In this document: one piece after another, positions 53,498 through 64,000 of the stretch
How positions within the stretch are numbered: position 1 is the stretch's first letter
Layout: each line of letters opens with the position of its first letter
Assembly (NCBI GenBank): GCA_051439605.1
Contig: JBFRWN010000082.1
Coordinates: 1 to 64,000 of the forward strand
Length of the DNA stretch: 64,000 bases
Direction: 5' to 3'
From: Synechococcus sp.
Lineage (GTDB): Bacteria > Cyanobacteriota > Cyanobacteriia > Thermostichales > PCC-7336
Program-made: the position numbers and the translations under genes
The notes under the pieces: model-generated
Seen by the model: only the letters and a program-made list of their open reading frames with translations
Told to the model about the DNA's origin: nothing
The model's database searches: none

Positions 53498-54616
53498 TTA
53501 GCGCACAAGATTTTCCTTGCCAGACATTAATTTGGCGCTAATCACCTTGTCCTGCAGAGTAATGCTGCGCAAATCTTCAACTCCTTCGGTTACGTAACCG
53601 AACGTTGCAAAGTTACCATCCAGCAGATTCAAGCCTGCCGGAGTCAGCTCCGGCTCGGCCAAAAAGATGAAGAACTGAGAAGAGGCACTGTTTACGTCAC
53701 CCTCGTAGGTGGCCAATGCCAGAGTGCCTTCTGCGTAGAACGGAATCATAGGTTCGGCCCCCACAACCCCCATATCGTCAAAGGTCATCTCGTAGAACGG
53801 CTCTTCTTCTCCACGGGCACGAATCTCTAGAGGGATAATGCGCTTCTCGCCGGTAGCGGGATCGACATAGCCATCGGATTCACCGGGGGGATTCCCCAAC
53901 TGCACCAGGAAAAAGTCCTCAACGCGATCGAAGCTCAACCCGTCGTAAAAGCCTTTATCCACCAAGTCCGCAATATTACCAGCGGAAAGGGGAGCGTTAT
54001 ACCCATCTAATGTCATCAGAAAGCGGCCAGCGGTGGTATTGAATTCTACGTCTGCCCGACCCAACAGTCTGGGCAAACCGTCGTATTCGCTGGGAATTTC
54101 GAACGGGAATCCGCTGACAAAGTCTTCTTCAAACGAAGTCAGACGGGCGATCGCCGCTGCCGCTTTCTCTTTCGACAGGTCACGATTGTCAGCATCGAGG
54201 GCTTCTTCCAAGGACTCAATTGACTGATGTAAGGCTTCTAAATCCGCTTTTGCTTCCGCCAACTGCCCCTCTGGTACAGCCTCAAGAATACGCGCTTCCT
54301 GACGATCGAGGCGGCGGTTAGCCTTACTGGAATGACCCTTCGCACTCTTAAGGCTGCGGACTTTATTAATATCTTCTTGCGCCTCCGAAAGTTCGTCATC
54401 TGCGTAGCGCACATCAAGTTGCTCGAAGGGCAACCCCATGCGCAGCAAACGCGAACCGTCGGAGATCGCGTTGCCCTGCGGCAAAGCCTGGGCTGGAAGC
54501 GACTGTCCCCCCAGGATAGAAACCCCAACGATCATAACCGCGACCAAGCCGGTCACGATATAATTTTTGATCTCAGAGATCCAGCGGGATCGGATAAGAT
54601 TGCGAGCGCCCATCAT
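53498..54616 (-). CDS. Cyclophilin-type peptidyl-prolyl isomerase (TLP40/CYP38-like)
   Basis: Signal peptide, ALPQGNAISDG, LPRLLGRA, DGYNAPLSAGN, SASSQFFIF, LLDGNFATFGYV. Confidence 0.9.
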   Translation of the reverse strand: MMGARNLIRSRWISEIKNYIVTGLVAVMIVGVSILGGQSLPAQALPQGNAISDGSRLLRMGLPFEQLDVRYADDELSEAQEDINKVRSLKSAKGHSSKANRRLDRQEARILEAVPEGQLAEAKADLEALHQSIESLEEALDADNRDLSKEKAAAAIARLTSFEEDFVSGFPFEIPSEYDGLPRLLGRADVEFNTTAGRFLMTLDGYNAPLSAGNIADLVDKGFYDGLSFDRVEDFFLVQLGNPPGESDGYVDPATGEKRIIPLEIRARGEEEPFYEMTFDDMGVVGAEPMIPFYAEGTLALATYEGDVNSASSQFFIFLAEPELTPAGLNLLDGNFATFGYVTEGVEDLRSITLQDKVISAKLMSGKENLVR

Positions 54617-54869
54617 AACTGATTTAAAAATTGCCAGCCGTTGCGGCTGTCTACATTCTTTAGAGTAACCCGACCCGCGAACTGGCAATTTACTCTTTTG
54701 CCAAAGACAGTTATAGCTGTCGCCATTTCAGTCAAATCCGACAACGTTACGCCTAGTCAGGACTTTGGATAGCTGAAATGTCCTAAGCGACTTGACGGTT
54801 GCCATACAGATCGGAAGAAAGGCGGAAGACTAGTGTAAATTGTGGGTGGTTTGACCTCTGCTGGCCCCT

Positions 54870-56054
54870 ATGAAACCTATTATCCTGCTCGGCTCCACCG
54901 GTTCAATTGGCACTCAAACGTTGGACTTGGTGGCCCAAAATCCCGAACGTTTTCGGGTGGTTGGCCTGAGTGCCCATAACAATATCGATTTGTTAGCAGA
55001 GCAGGTACGGCAGTTTAAACCGGAGATTGTCGCCACCTCCAATTCCAACAAATTCAACGAACTCAAAGCGGTCCTGTCTGGCTGCGAGCCTGCCCCCAAA
55101 GTTGTTGCAGGGAACGAAGGTGTCTGCGAAGTAGCGGCCTACGGAGACGCAGAGCTGGTGGTCACCGGTATCGTGGGCTGTGCCGGGTTGCTGCCCACCC
55201 TGGCAGCGATTGGTGCAGGAAAAGATATTGCCTTAGCGAATAAAGAGACATTGGTGGCCGGCGGTCCCGTCGTACTGCCCGAGGTTAAAAAGCACGGTAC
55301 CAAGCTGATCCCAGTTGACTCAGAACATTCTGCCATCTTTCAATGCCTGCAGGGGGTGCCGGAAGGGGGACTACGTCGCATTATTCTGACGGCCTCTGGG
55401 GGGGCTTTCCGAGATTTACCGATCGAGCAGTTGGCCTCTGTGAAACTGGCGGATGCCCTCAAACATCCCAATTGGGTCATGGGCCGAAAAATCACAATTG
55501 ACTCAGCCACTTTAATGAACAAAGGGCTAGAAGTCATTGAAGCCCATTGGCTATTTGGCCAGCTGGACTACAACAACATCGACATCGTTGTCCATCCCCA
55601 AAGCATCATCCACTCGGCGATCGAGCTGCAGGACACCTCTATCATTGCCCAATTGGGTTGGCCCGATATGCACCTACCTATTCTGTATGGCATTAGCTGG
55701 CCCGATCGCATTTATACCAACTGGAAGCCCCTCGATCTGGTAGAAGTTGCCACCCTGACTTTCAAGGCCCCCGACCACCGTAAGTATCCCTGCATGCAGT
55801 TGGCCTACGCCGCCGGACGTACCGCTGGAACCATGCCGGCAGTCCTCAATGCAGCCAACGAAGCAGCGGTGGCTCTCTTCCTGGAAGAAAAAATTGGGTA
55901 TCTCGATATCGCTCGTCTGCTTGAAGCCACCTGTGCAAAACACGATGCGATCGCCGAGCCAACTCTAGACGACATCCTGCAGGTGGATGATTGGGCCAGG
56001 GTAACGGTGGAGGAGCAGGCAGCCCAGCTGGGCACAAAGGTTGTTGCCTGCTAA
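54870..56054 (+). CDS. dxr: 1-deoxy-D-xylulose 5-phosphate reductoisomerase
   Basis: [47 protein letters not shown]. Confidence 0.98.
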   Translation: MKPIILLGSTGSIGTQTLDLVAQNPERFRVVGLSAHNNIDLLAEQVRQFKPEIVATSNSNKFNELKAVLSGCEPAPKVVAGNEGVCEVAAYGDAELVVTGIVGCAGLLPTLAAIGAGKDIALANKETLVAGGPVVLPEVKKHGTKLIPVDSEHSAIFQCLQGVPEGGLRRIILTASGGAFRDLPIEQLASVKLADALKHPNWVMGRKITIDSATLMNKGLEVIEAHWLFGQLDYNNIDIVVHPQSIIHSAIELQDTSIIAQLGWPDMHLPILYGISWPDRIYTNWKPLDLVEVATLTFKAPDHRKYPCMQLAYAAGRTAGTMPAVLNAANEAAVALFLEEKIGYLDIARLLEATCAKHDAIAEPTLDDILQVDDWARVTVEEQAAQLGTKVVAC

Positions 56055-56200
56055 GACCTCTGAGGCTTGTCAATCCCATTTTTTTATTGGCTCAACAGGC
56101 TGTGCGATCGAGCAATTCAATAGGAATTTTTACGCAAAGGTGCCACTTCTAAATCGATCCCCTACAATGGTCGCAAAGGGGTATTAAGTATATATACGTT

Positions 56201-56488
56201 GTGGCTTCGAGCATGGAAACTTCCTATCGTTCTACTGATAACCTGTCGGATCGCGAGCTACAGGTAGTTGAGCTGATCGCCACAGGACTGACCAATCAAG
56301 ACATTGCAAAACAGCTCGAAATCAGCAAGCGTACGGTTGACAACCACATCAGCAATATTTTGGAGAAGACCCGTACTGCCAATCGCGTAGCGCTTGTTCG
56401 ATGGGCTTTGCAATGGGGCAAAGTTTGTTTGGATGATGTCAACTGCTGCTCGTTAGATCCGGGTGAAATGCAGTCCCAGTCTGCATAA
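56201..56488 (+). CDS. pedR: Small LuxR-type regulator PedR
   Basis: LSDRELQV, ISKRTVDNHISNIL, NRVALVRWALQWGKVC..NCC. Confidence 0.88.
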   Translation: MASSMETSYRSTDNLSDRELQVVELIATGLTNQDIAKQLEISKRTVDNHISNILEKTRTANRVALVRWALQWGKVCLDDVNCCSLDPGEMQSQSA

Positions 56489-56734
56489 TCTGGATAACGC
56501 TTAAAGCTGACGGTAGTGCTGCCACTATCCAACACCCTTTGGTTCAATGTTAGAACACGTCCTCCCCAGACCAGTCACACCGCGATTGAGCAAAATTGGT
56601 TCCACAGCATACTGGTATCAAGAGTCAGCGTCATCGCCTCGCCCTCAAATGCTTGGATTTCAAGACTTGTCTACACCACTAAACCCCTTAGCTGACACTC
56701 TCGTTACTCAAGCTCAGCCGACGTTCATGGCAGC

Positions 56735-57574
56735 CTAAGCATGTGCTCGTTTGGTTTTCCACTCAAACCAGGCATCCGGGCTGATCTGGTTCATCAGCTG
56801 ATCGATCGTAGAAAGCACGAATATGTTGTAATAGCCGCGCAGCTTCAAGACGACGGATTGAGGTGCCCACCTCAGCGATACGGCATAGCCAGGTTCGTTG
56901 TAAACCATATGGTGCCAGTATCCACTGGGCATAAATAGCGTTTCTCCTGGCTCGATCTCGACGCGATATCCTACAGCGTCTTTCAGCTTAGGATAGCGTT
57001 CGAAGTCAGGCTGGTGGACATCAATATAACTTCGGCAGGTGAACGGATATCGGTAGATGTTTCGGCCCTGGTCGAAGGGATATAACGTAATCGTCTTTCT
57101 ACCGTAGAGAGCCGTATGGAAGACATGAGCCATATCAATATCAAAGTGCATTTGGGTGGCAGCGCCCTGGCACCCAAAAAACATAAAAACAAAATTCTTT
57201 GACACCCCATCAACTAATGGGGGTAGGGTAATGTCTTTAACAAGTTCTGGAATTTCTGTGCGAATGTTGTAAAGAAACATTCGCAAGTCTCGAGAGTTGT
57301 TTAGCACCTCATTAAGATAATCTTTGAAGGGAATTTTTTCCACATTCGACATATACCCTTTGCCAGCCTTCACAAAGCTAGAATCGTAAACCTTAACTAG
57401 CTTGTCGCCATAATTTGACTTGAAGAACTCAGGAGTCCACTTCCGTAAAGCCACCCATTCAGCAGCAATATCTTTGATAATGACTGGAAGTTTCGGGTTG
57501 AGATAATTGGCTTCAAACTCTGAACGAGTAATGGAATCAACCCGGGGGACTGGACAAAGATGAAGCTCAGACAT
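56735..57574 (-). CDS. JmjC/cupin-8 2OG-Fe(II) oxygenase
   Basis: PVIIKD..W..W, TQMHFD...WHH facial triad, EPGETLFMPSGYWH; alternative start at 57586. Confidence 0.88.
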   Translation of the reverse strand: MSELHLCPVPRVDSITRSEFEANYLNPKLPVIIKDIAAEWVALRKWTPEFFKSNYGDKLVKVYDSSFVKAGKGYMSNVEKIPFKDYLNEVLNNSRDLRMFLYNIRTEIPELVKDITLPPLVDGVSKNFVFMFFGCQGAATQMHFDIDMAHVFHTALYGRKTITLYPFDQGRNIYRYPFTCRSYIDVHQPDFERYPKLKDAVGYRVEIEPGETLFMPSGYWHHMVYNEPGYAVSLRWAPQSVVLKLRGYYNIFVLSTIDQLMNQISPDAWFEWKTKRAHA

Positions 57575-57596
57575 AGTGCGCCGCATATACAGTGGA

Positions 57597-58409
57597 CTAG
57601 ACGCGAGAAAGAAATTCGCTGTAAGTATGGAGGATTTCCTCCCGTTCCCAATGAAGGAAATGACCAGCATTTCTGATCATCTTGTATTCACAGTTGGGGA
57701 TATGACTGGACGCTTCTTTTATATCGTCCTTGTCTAGAATGGGATCGTATTCTCCACTCACAATCAGCGTCGAAGCCTTAATTTTTCGCAGATCGATATA
57801 GTTATCAATATCTTTTGTCTGGCTAACAAACTCGCAGTGCTCATAAAATGATTTATACTGTTCCCAACTCATTTTTTGAAACTGATTGATGATTTGGCTT
57901 TTATGAGATTCTGAAATATTCTGGCCAAAACGCTCAATCATCAAAAGTGCAATTTTTGACGTCTGATTATCTTTGAATAGCTGTTGCCCCTCGCGGATGA
58001 CGTCCAAGATGGCCTGTGTTGGCTTGGCCCCAAAGCTGCCGAGGATCATCTTATCTACACGGTCGGGATAGCGTGCGGCATAAGCGGCTCCAATAATGGT
58101 TCCCCATGAAGCCGCTGCGATGATGACCGCCTTATTTGGGCTGACCTTTGAAATTACGGCGTGCAAAACTTGAACTTGCTCGTCGAATGTTACTCCTTGA
58201 GAGCCTTCTAGAATGAGAGAACGCCCCTGCCCCGGCATATCAAATACAACAATGGAGTAATCCGCAACAAAATGGCTGATGAAAGAGCGCCACGAGGCCA
58301 TTGTCTGCTTTGCCCCGCTAATGCATATGATAATCTGCTCGGCATTTCCGTACATTCTGCAAGGTACAAGAAATCTGCCGAGCTCAATTTCAAACTTCGC
58401 CTTTTTCAT
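57597..58409 (-). CDS. RhlA/PhaG-like alpha/beta hydrolase-fold acyltransferase
   Basis: SGAKQTMASW, VVFDMPGQGRS, AASWG nucleophile elbow, GEYD, GHFLHWE; block-wise resemblance to recalled RhlA. Confidence 0.7.
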   Translation of the reverse strand: MKKAKFEIELGRFLVPCRMYGNAEQIIICISGAKQTMASWRSFISHFVADYSIVVFDMPGQGRSLILEGSQGVTFDEQVQVLHAVISKVSPNKAVIIAAASWGTIIGAAYAARYPDRVDKMILGSFGAKPTQAILDVIREGQQLFKDNQTSKIALLMIERFGQNISESHKSQIINQFQKMSWEQYKSFYEHCEFVSQTKDIDNYIDLRKIKASTLIVSGEYDPILDKDDIKEASSHIPNCEYKMIRNAGHFLHWEREEILHTYSEFLSRV

Positions 58410-58859
58410 GCTGCAGTCACCTTGAACAAACCTCTCATAAACTCCGTCTATTAATCCAGCAATATAAGCTGTAAACAACAACCCAAACTCTACATGGATT
58501 TCCGGCTGTAAAATGCACGCTAGATTGGTGATGATTTGGTAAGAGTACTCAAAATGGCTTCCAAGCTCTTATTCAGCTTGGCATGATGAGTGCAACAGGA
58601 AGATGCAAACTCTACCAAATCCCCCGAGCTATGTTCAGTGTACGAAGACAACTTACCCTCTCATTAAGTTATTGATGCTACTAGGGCACAGATTTAAAAG
58701 AACTCCCGTATTACAGGAAGTCTTTTTGAGGCGGTTTGAGGAGTAATAGGCTAGCACGGAGCAAGAGCTCATTTGGATGGGTGATGGTACATCGTATACG
58801 TAGCTGAACCGGAATCCGAGCTCGCTAACACCTTACAATAGAAGGCTAGCTAGAGAACT

Positions 58860-59633
58860 TCAGGCAGCGGAAGGACAAGGGGTGGGATAAGCAGACGGCT
58901 GGGCGTCGATAATATAGCCGTCTTCCATATTGATAACGCGATCGGCAAACTGAGAAATACGGGAGTCGTGGGTAACCACCAACACGGTACAACCAGCCTC
59001 TTTGGCCAGTCGCTGCAGAAGTTCGACCGCGTTATGTCCGCTCACAGAGTCTAGCGAGGCGGTGGGTTCATCCGCCATAATCAACTCTGGATTCCCTACT
59101 AAAGCACGGGCGATCGCCACCCGCTGCTTTTGTCCCCCTGACAAATCAGCCGGCCGGTAGCGAGCCTTATCTGCCAAACCCACCAAATCGAGTTGTTCTA
59201 GGGCCATTTTCTGTGCGCGAGCCCCTTTAACATTGGCCAAGTTTAGTGCCACTTCTACGTTCTCAGCAATGGTGAGGGTAGGAAATAGGTTGAACCCTTG
59301 AAAAACGAAGCCAATGTGGGAGCGTCGAAAGCGACCGAGCTGTTTTCGGGACATGTGGGTAATGTTTTGCCCCAAAAGATGCACATCCCCTTCAGTGGGG
59401 GTCAATATACCTGCCAGGATCGAGAGCAGGGTTGTTTTCCCCGACCCCGAAGGCCCCATCAGGAAATGCACCTCTCCTAAAGCAATCGATATATTAATAT
59501 TCCTCAACACGGGTACTGCTCGGGTACCAGAGCCGTAGGTCATACTCACGCCCCGTGCGGAAATGGCGGCCTGGGGCCTGCGCCGTGCATGGGATGTAGG
59601 GGCAAGAATAGGAAGAGTTTGCAATGTCGTCAT
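58860..59633 (-). CDS. ABC transporter ATP-binding protein (DevA/LolD/MacB type)
   Basis: GPSGSGKTT, IGFVFQGFNL, LSGGQKQRVAIARAL, ADEPT, VTHD. Confidence 0.92.
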   Translation of the reverse strand: MTTLQTLPILAPTSHARRRPQAAISARGVSMTYGSGTRAVPVLRNINISIALGEVHFLMGPSGSGKTTLLSILAGILTPTEGDVHLLGQNITHMSRKQLGRFRRSHIGFVFQGFNLFPTLTIAENVEVALNLANVKGARAQKMALEQLDLVGLADKARYRPADLSGGQKQRVAIARALVGNPELIMADEPTASLDSVSGHNAVELLQRLAKEAGCTVLVVTHDSRISQFADRVINMEDGYIIDAQPSAYPTPCPSAA

Positions 59634-60311
59634 CCGATTACAACAGGACAATCATCCAAACGGGATGTCACTTATTGATACACAACTTTACATGATTATC
59701 GTTGATAAAGCTGTTCTTGGTGGTGAATGATTCGCCCAAAGGGGGAAGCAACACGGAGTTTTCAAACCAACCGAGAAAAAATAAACGCTGATGGTGTGAG
59801 GAGAGAGCAGCGTCAAATAAGGAATTTATTAAATCCAAGAGTAAAGCGCTAATCCACAAAGAATGTGAAAAAAATCTGAGATTTTCGAGTGTTTACTATG
59901 AGGAAGCATGTGGCAGAGTAGCGATCCAATCATTCATAAGCGTTTTACACGTCTTCAATTGTTAAAAGTTCTGCCTCTGACTTTCACTGTGGGAAACCTC
60001 CTTGTTTGCGTCAGTCACTATGCAGTTAGGGAGATCGCTGCATAAAGCCTTAATTGTTGGAGATACCTGTAAGTGAAGCCTGAAAGCAATATGAGCAAAC
60101 TCTCATCAATTTTGCGGGTCACCCTGACCCCTACTGCTCTGATTTCTCAGATTCATGAGCCTGAATAGCAATAGCTGAATGATGTTTTAGCCGTCATGCT
60201 AGCACTCGCCCAGCTCAGTGACGGGCTATCCGTCGATTGCAGTTCAACCCCATGCTTTACAACCTTGTAAGCCATACAGCATCGAGGAGAAATGCCTAGG
60301 AGGGTACCGGA

Positions 60312-60512
60312 GTGGCAAATTTTAAACATTTGGCAATCGATTTAACGATCGCGGCGATCGTGACTGCTGTCATAGGATGGTCTGCCACCTCTTCCCGTCC
60401 ACAGCCCCTCAATCAGCCTGCAAGCAATCCTTCCAGAATGGCCCAACCCAACGCCGTGCAGATTGTAAGCGCCGCGGTAGATGCCTCAATATCTGCAAGA
60501 CAACGGCAGTAA
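60312..60512 (+). CDS. Small hypothetical exported/membrane protein
   Basis: AGGAGG upstream of GTG; hydrophobic N-terminus then P/Q/S-rich tail. Confidence 0.45.
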   Translation: MANFKHLAIDLTIAAIVTAVIGWSATSSRPQPLNQPASNPSRMAQPNAVQIVSAAVDASISARQRQ

Positions 60513-60571
60513 TGCTGAAGACCCGCCCATCCTGCGTTATCACCAACCATCCACACCACTTAACATTCCAG

Positions 60572-61624
60572 CTAGAGGCTGGAGCCGCGATATTGCGCTT
60601 TACGTTGGATTTCGTAATAGCCCTTCAGTTGAGGGATCGCGTCGATCCGTCCAATGACAATGATGGTGTCACTCCCAAACAGGGTCAGGGATGAGTCGGG
60701 GCGAGTAATAATCGTCCCATCCGCTCGCCGCACTGCCACTGCAATAAACCGCCCCTTTGCCTGGAGCTCGATATCGCCCAGAGTACGACCAACCAAAGGA
60801 GAATTGGCGGGAATCGGCAGTTCATCAATCCGGGCATCCAACTGGGCCAGCTCTTCATTGAGAAAGCTTGTCCCCTCAGCTCCAGAAAGCACATCTTCCG
60901 AGGCTGGATGGGTAATGGTGTGGGCCATCCGCAGTGCTCCGATGGCGGCTGGCATCACAACCCGGTTAGCTCCTGCCAATTTTAATTTCTGTTCGGTGGT
61001 GGGGGCGGTGCCGCGAGCTACGATCGTTAGGTTGGGGTTCAGACCTCTAGCCGTCAAGGTGATGAAGACATTGTTCGCGTCATCCGGCAGCACGGTAGCC
61101 AGAACCTTAGCCTTTTCCACCCCGGCAGATTTGAGAATATCCTCGTCGGAGGCACTGCCGCAGCGGGCCCAGTAGGCTAGTTCTCGGGCCTGGGCGACGC
61201 GATCGGGGTCAATGTCGATCGCCACAAATGGATGGCGATCCTCGGCCAATTTGGCGGCTAAAATCTCCCCTACATGGCCAAAACCACAAATGATTGTGTG
61301 GTTCTCCAAATTATCTATTTCTCGGTCCATCCGCCTAACCTGTAGAGCCCGATTAATTTCCCCCTCCGCCAACAGTTGCACCGAGCCTGTAACAATGTAG
61401 GCCGCTGACCAAAATCCCGCCAGAATCACCCCAATGGTGAACAATCGCATTTTGGGGCTGAGGGGTTGAACCTCTCCGTATCCCACCCCAAAAATGGTGA
61501 TCACTGTCATGTAGGTGGCATCCAACGGCTTCCAACCGGCCGCAACGTAGCCAGAAATTGCCACTACGTTGGTAACGGCGAAAAAGATAGCTCCAGTCAG
61601 AATGCGTTTAAAAGACCGTTGCAC
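60572..61624 (-). CDS. Potassium channel with RCK (TrkA-N/TrkA-C) domains
   Basis: TIFGVGYGEV filter, ICGFGHVG Rossmann motif, AGANRVV, C-terminal TrkA-C. Confidence 0.92.
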   Translation of the reverse strand: MQRSFKRILTGAIFFAVTNVVAISGYVAAGWKPLDATYMTVITIFGVGYGEVQPLSPKMRLFTIGVILAGFWSAAYIVTGSVQLLAEGEINRALQVRRMDREIDNLENHTIICGFGHVGEILAAKLAEDRHPFVAIDIDPDRVAQARELAYWARCGSASDEDILKSAGVEKAKVLATVLPDDANNVFITLTARGLNPNLTIVARGTAPTTEQKLKLAGANRVVMPAAIGALRMAHTITHPASEDVLSGAEGTSFLNEELAQLDARIDELPIPANSPLVGRTLGDIELQAKGRFIAVAVRRADGTIITRPDSSLTLFGSDTIIVIGRIDAIPQLKGYYEIQRKAQYRGSSL

Positions 61625-62418
61625 GTTTCTCAGGAAAGATGAGGTTGGATAAACGCTAAACTGTCCTGGATCCCCACGATGCTCGGCAGTTTCAATTGGC
61701 TACCTAGCAAGAATCGGACAAAATTTAGCCTGGAACAGTGTGCACCTGCAAGCCTGACAGATTGGTTTCATCGCCACCAAAACCAACGCGTCAGTAATGT
61801 TCGTTGTTCCTGGTAGCGTGCGAAATATATCGTGGGCAGGCCGATATAAACCCACCTTAGATTCATAGAGGACACAGATTTGTAGCTTACACTGCCGATC
61901 TCTGGTGGGTTCAAGACGGGAGAGCGATCGTCGGGATCGACAGATTATTGCAATCTCTAGGATAACGAACCAATATCTACCCTATGCCCTGGGAGATTGC
62001 TTAAGTTCAGTTCAGGACGCGATTCCAAGCCCACCAAGGATCAGAATCAACCGACGCCTGATGGCATTGAGGAACAATTTCGCATCCTATAGCCCTGTTT
62101 TGGCTTCCACCCAATAGCGACTTTCTCTTTCCAGGAATACAATTGTGTCACCCTCCGACGCTTCGTGGAGGAAAGATCTCATCCAATCGGGTGTAAAGCT
62201 CATCTCCTTTATAATTCTTGCAGTTACTCGCTCAGCGGACAGTGCTCGTTAGTCCAACCCTATGATGATTCGTACTAAATTTTGACTGAAAGGAATAAAT
62301 CCAGGCCGCTTGTCAAATCAATCGTTTTAATAGAAGAATATCTAATAGAATTGATATAAAATAATTATCTATTGACTTAGATTATTTGTGGCTTATGAAT
62401 AAATTACGATTCCAGTTC

Positions 62419-63795
62419 CTACTTAATTGTAAACTCTTGTGAAGAAGAAACTTTATCGAACGGTTTAGCAGGAAGAGGCTGATTGTTAAAGCTAGGATGC
62501 CGAGCATCAATTTGATGAGCTTTTTTGACGATTGAGTTAAAGCGAAGGTTGGTAAGTTCTAATTCTCTAAAAATTTTCTGTGGGTCAAAAAGATGGGTTT
62601 TTGGCAGCTTTTTGCCCATTTCTTTGAGGACTAAACCGACAGGTACATTAATCTCGTCCTGGAGTCTGAGGTAGTGGGCAAAGACTGGAGCGAAAGCACT
62701 AATAATCGAGCCTATTCCGCTTCGAGGTTGATACCAACCGATATAATATAATCCCTTATAGTCATCAAGGAAAGAGTCTCCATAGCATTGGACTACCGAG
62801 CCTTGAACTCGTTGAAGTTCTGGGGGTAAAAATGGATAAGCAACATAGTAACCAGTGGCACAAACGATCAGATCGAATTCTTCATGGCTTCCATCAAGAA
62901 ATTCCACTGACCATCCATCTAAACTACGTATGCCTGGTTTGGGAATAATGCGACCGTGTTTGATGTAGTAAGGAACTTCATTATTGATAGTGGGGTGTTT
63001 TTCAAAAATTCGATGCTTAGGTTGGGGAAGTCCGTAACTTTCGTGCTTTCCAAAAGTGAAGCGGATTAGTAGGTAAGTCATTAGACGTTGATACCAGTCT
63101 GGACTCCTCCCCTTTTTGCTTAAATCGGCCACAGGAATACCCGCAAAGGTTTTAGGAATAAACCAAACCGACTCTCGCATACTTAAGACACATTTAGCTC
63201 CCACGCGAGCAGCTTCCGCAGCTATGTCACAGGCTGAATTTCCTCCACCGATTACTAGAACTCTTTTACCAAGAAGTTGTTCGGGTCGTTTATAATCTTT
63301 AGAATGGATGATTTTCCCATTGAATTCACCCTGAAAATCAGGAAAACGCTTACACCAGTGATGACCATTACACATCACTACACCTTTATAAATACGTTGT
63401 TCTTGGTTGGCGAAGGTTACTTCCCAGAGATTCTTTTCCACTGGTCGCACATAGGTGACTTTGCGGTTGAGTTCAATAGGTTCCCACAAATCAAAGCGAT
63501 CGGCAAAAGCATTAATATAATCCCACATATTCTTCCGACTAGGGAAGTCGGGATAATCTTCTGGCATGGAAAAATTTGTAAACTGAGTAACCTTACGGGA
63601 GGAGATAATATGAGCAGTTTCGTAAACTCCATGATACCAATTTCCACCTATTTCATCGCTGGCATCAACTTGATCATAGAGAATACCGGCTTCTTTAAGA
63701 GCCTGAGCTATACCTAGTCCGACAAAACCAGCCCCGATAATGAGTTGCTTGTGGGCTGTTACCCGTATCTTTTGATTGTTAACAGAGTTACTCAT
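62419..63795 (-). CDS. Flavin-containing monooxygenase
   Basis: IIGAGFVG, IGGNW, FNGKIIHSKDYK (FxGxxxHxxxY), VIGGGNSACD, CATGY. Confidence 0.92.
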   Translation of the reverse strand: MSNSVNNQKIRVTAHKQLIIGAGFVGLGIAQALKEAGILYDQVDASDEIGGNWYHGVYETAHIISSRKVTQFTNFSMPEDYPDFPSRKNMWDYINAFADRFDLWEPIELNRKVTYVRPVEKNLWEVTFANQEQRIYKGVVMCNGHHWCKRFPDFQGEFNGKIIHSKDYKRPEQLLGKRVLVIGGGNSACDIAAEAARVGAKCVLSMRESVWFIPKTFAGIPVADLSKKGRSPDWYQRLMTYLLIRFTFGKHESYGLPQPKHRIFEKHPTINNEVPYYIKHGRIIPKPGIRSLDGWSVEFLDGSHEEFDLIVCATGYYVAYPFLPPELQRVQGSVVQCYGDSFLDDYKGLYYIGWYQPRSGIGSIISAFAPVFAHYLRLQDEINVPVGLVLKEMGKKLPKTHLFDPQKIFRELELTNLRFNSIVKKAHQIDARHPSFNNQPLPAKPFDKVSSSQEFTIK

Positions 63796-63807
63796 TTAGA
63801 TTGACTT

Positions 63808-64000
63808 TTAATTTACTAAAAATCGGTTACTCACCCAGTTAAACAATCTGGGGAAATATTGCTTGAGAATGTGAATCCTATTGGCCATCTTGTCGGGAAA
63901 TACGTGAAGTTGATTACGCATAATTCCTTTAATGGTTTTTTCCATGACTTTCGCTGGGTCAGTTGCCAAATGTTCAGGGAAATCTTCCATTCCTTGAGCT
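63808..64000 (-). CDS. C-terminal fragment of a probable short-chain dehydrogenase (runs off window)
   Basis: DPAKVMEKTIKGI..VFPD..KQYFP SDR-like tail, 12 nt upstream of the FMO. Confidence 0.55.
   Translation of the reverse strand, partial: AQGMEDFPEHLATDPAKVMEKTIKGIMRNQLHVFPDKMANRIHILKQYFPRLFNWVSNRFLVN

Overview
A 64-kb cyanobacterial chromosome segment, as shown by apcABC, por, cytM, pedR and frequent HIP1 GCGATCGC octamers. It carries mostly housekeeping genes: hisF, a DAHP synthase, rnhA, lnt, argB, metH, folA, aroC, secDF, sfsA, nadE, tRNA-Pro(UGG), a type IV pilin, rsfS/yqeK, hom, pyrC-like, aroK, recA, purH, mtnP and dxr. There are also two K+ channels, two internally deleted IS remnants (IS1-like and IS982-like) and a few AT-richer accessory patches. 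The most striking unannotated structure is the ~540-nt 5' leader of the DAHP synthase gene. It contains a sigma70-type promoter followed by two tandem modules, each a Phe/Trp-rich leader ORF containing F-W-F plus competing antiterminator/terminator hairpins. This looks like a double ribosome-dependent attenuator in front of an enzyme that lacks an allosteric domain. Second, an AT-rich two-gene cassette pairs an RhlA/PhaG-like acyltransferase with a JmjC oxygenase. A Yfr1-like two-hairpin sRNA candidate lies at ~5.85-5.91 kb. All calls come from reading the sequence and recalled family motifs; no searches or folding programs were run.
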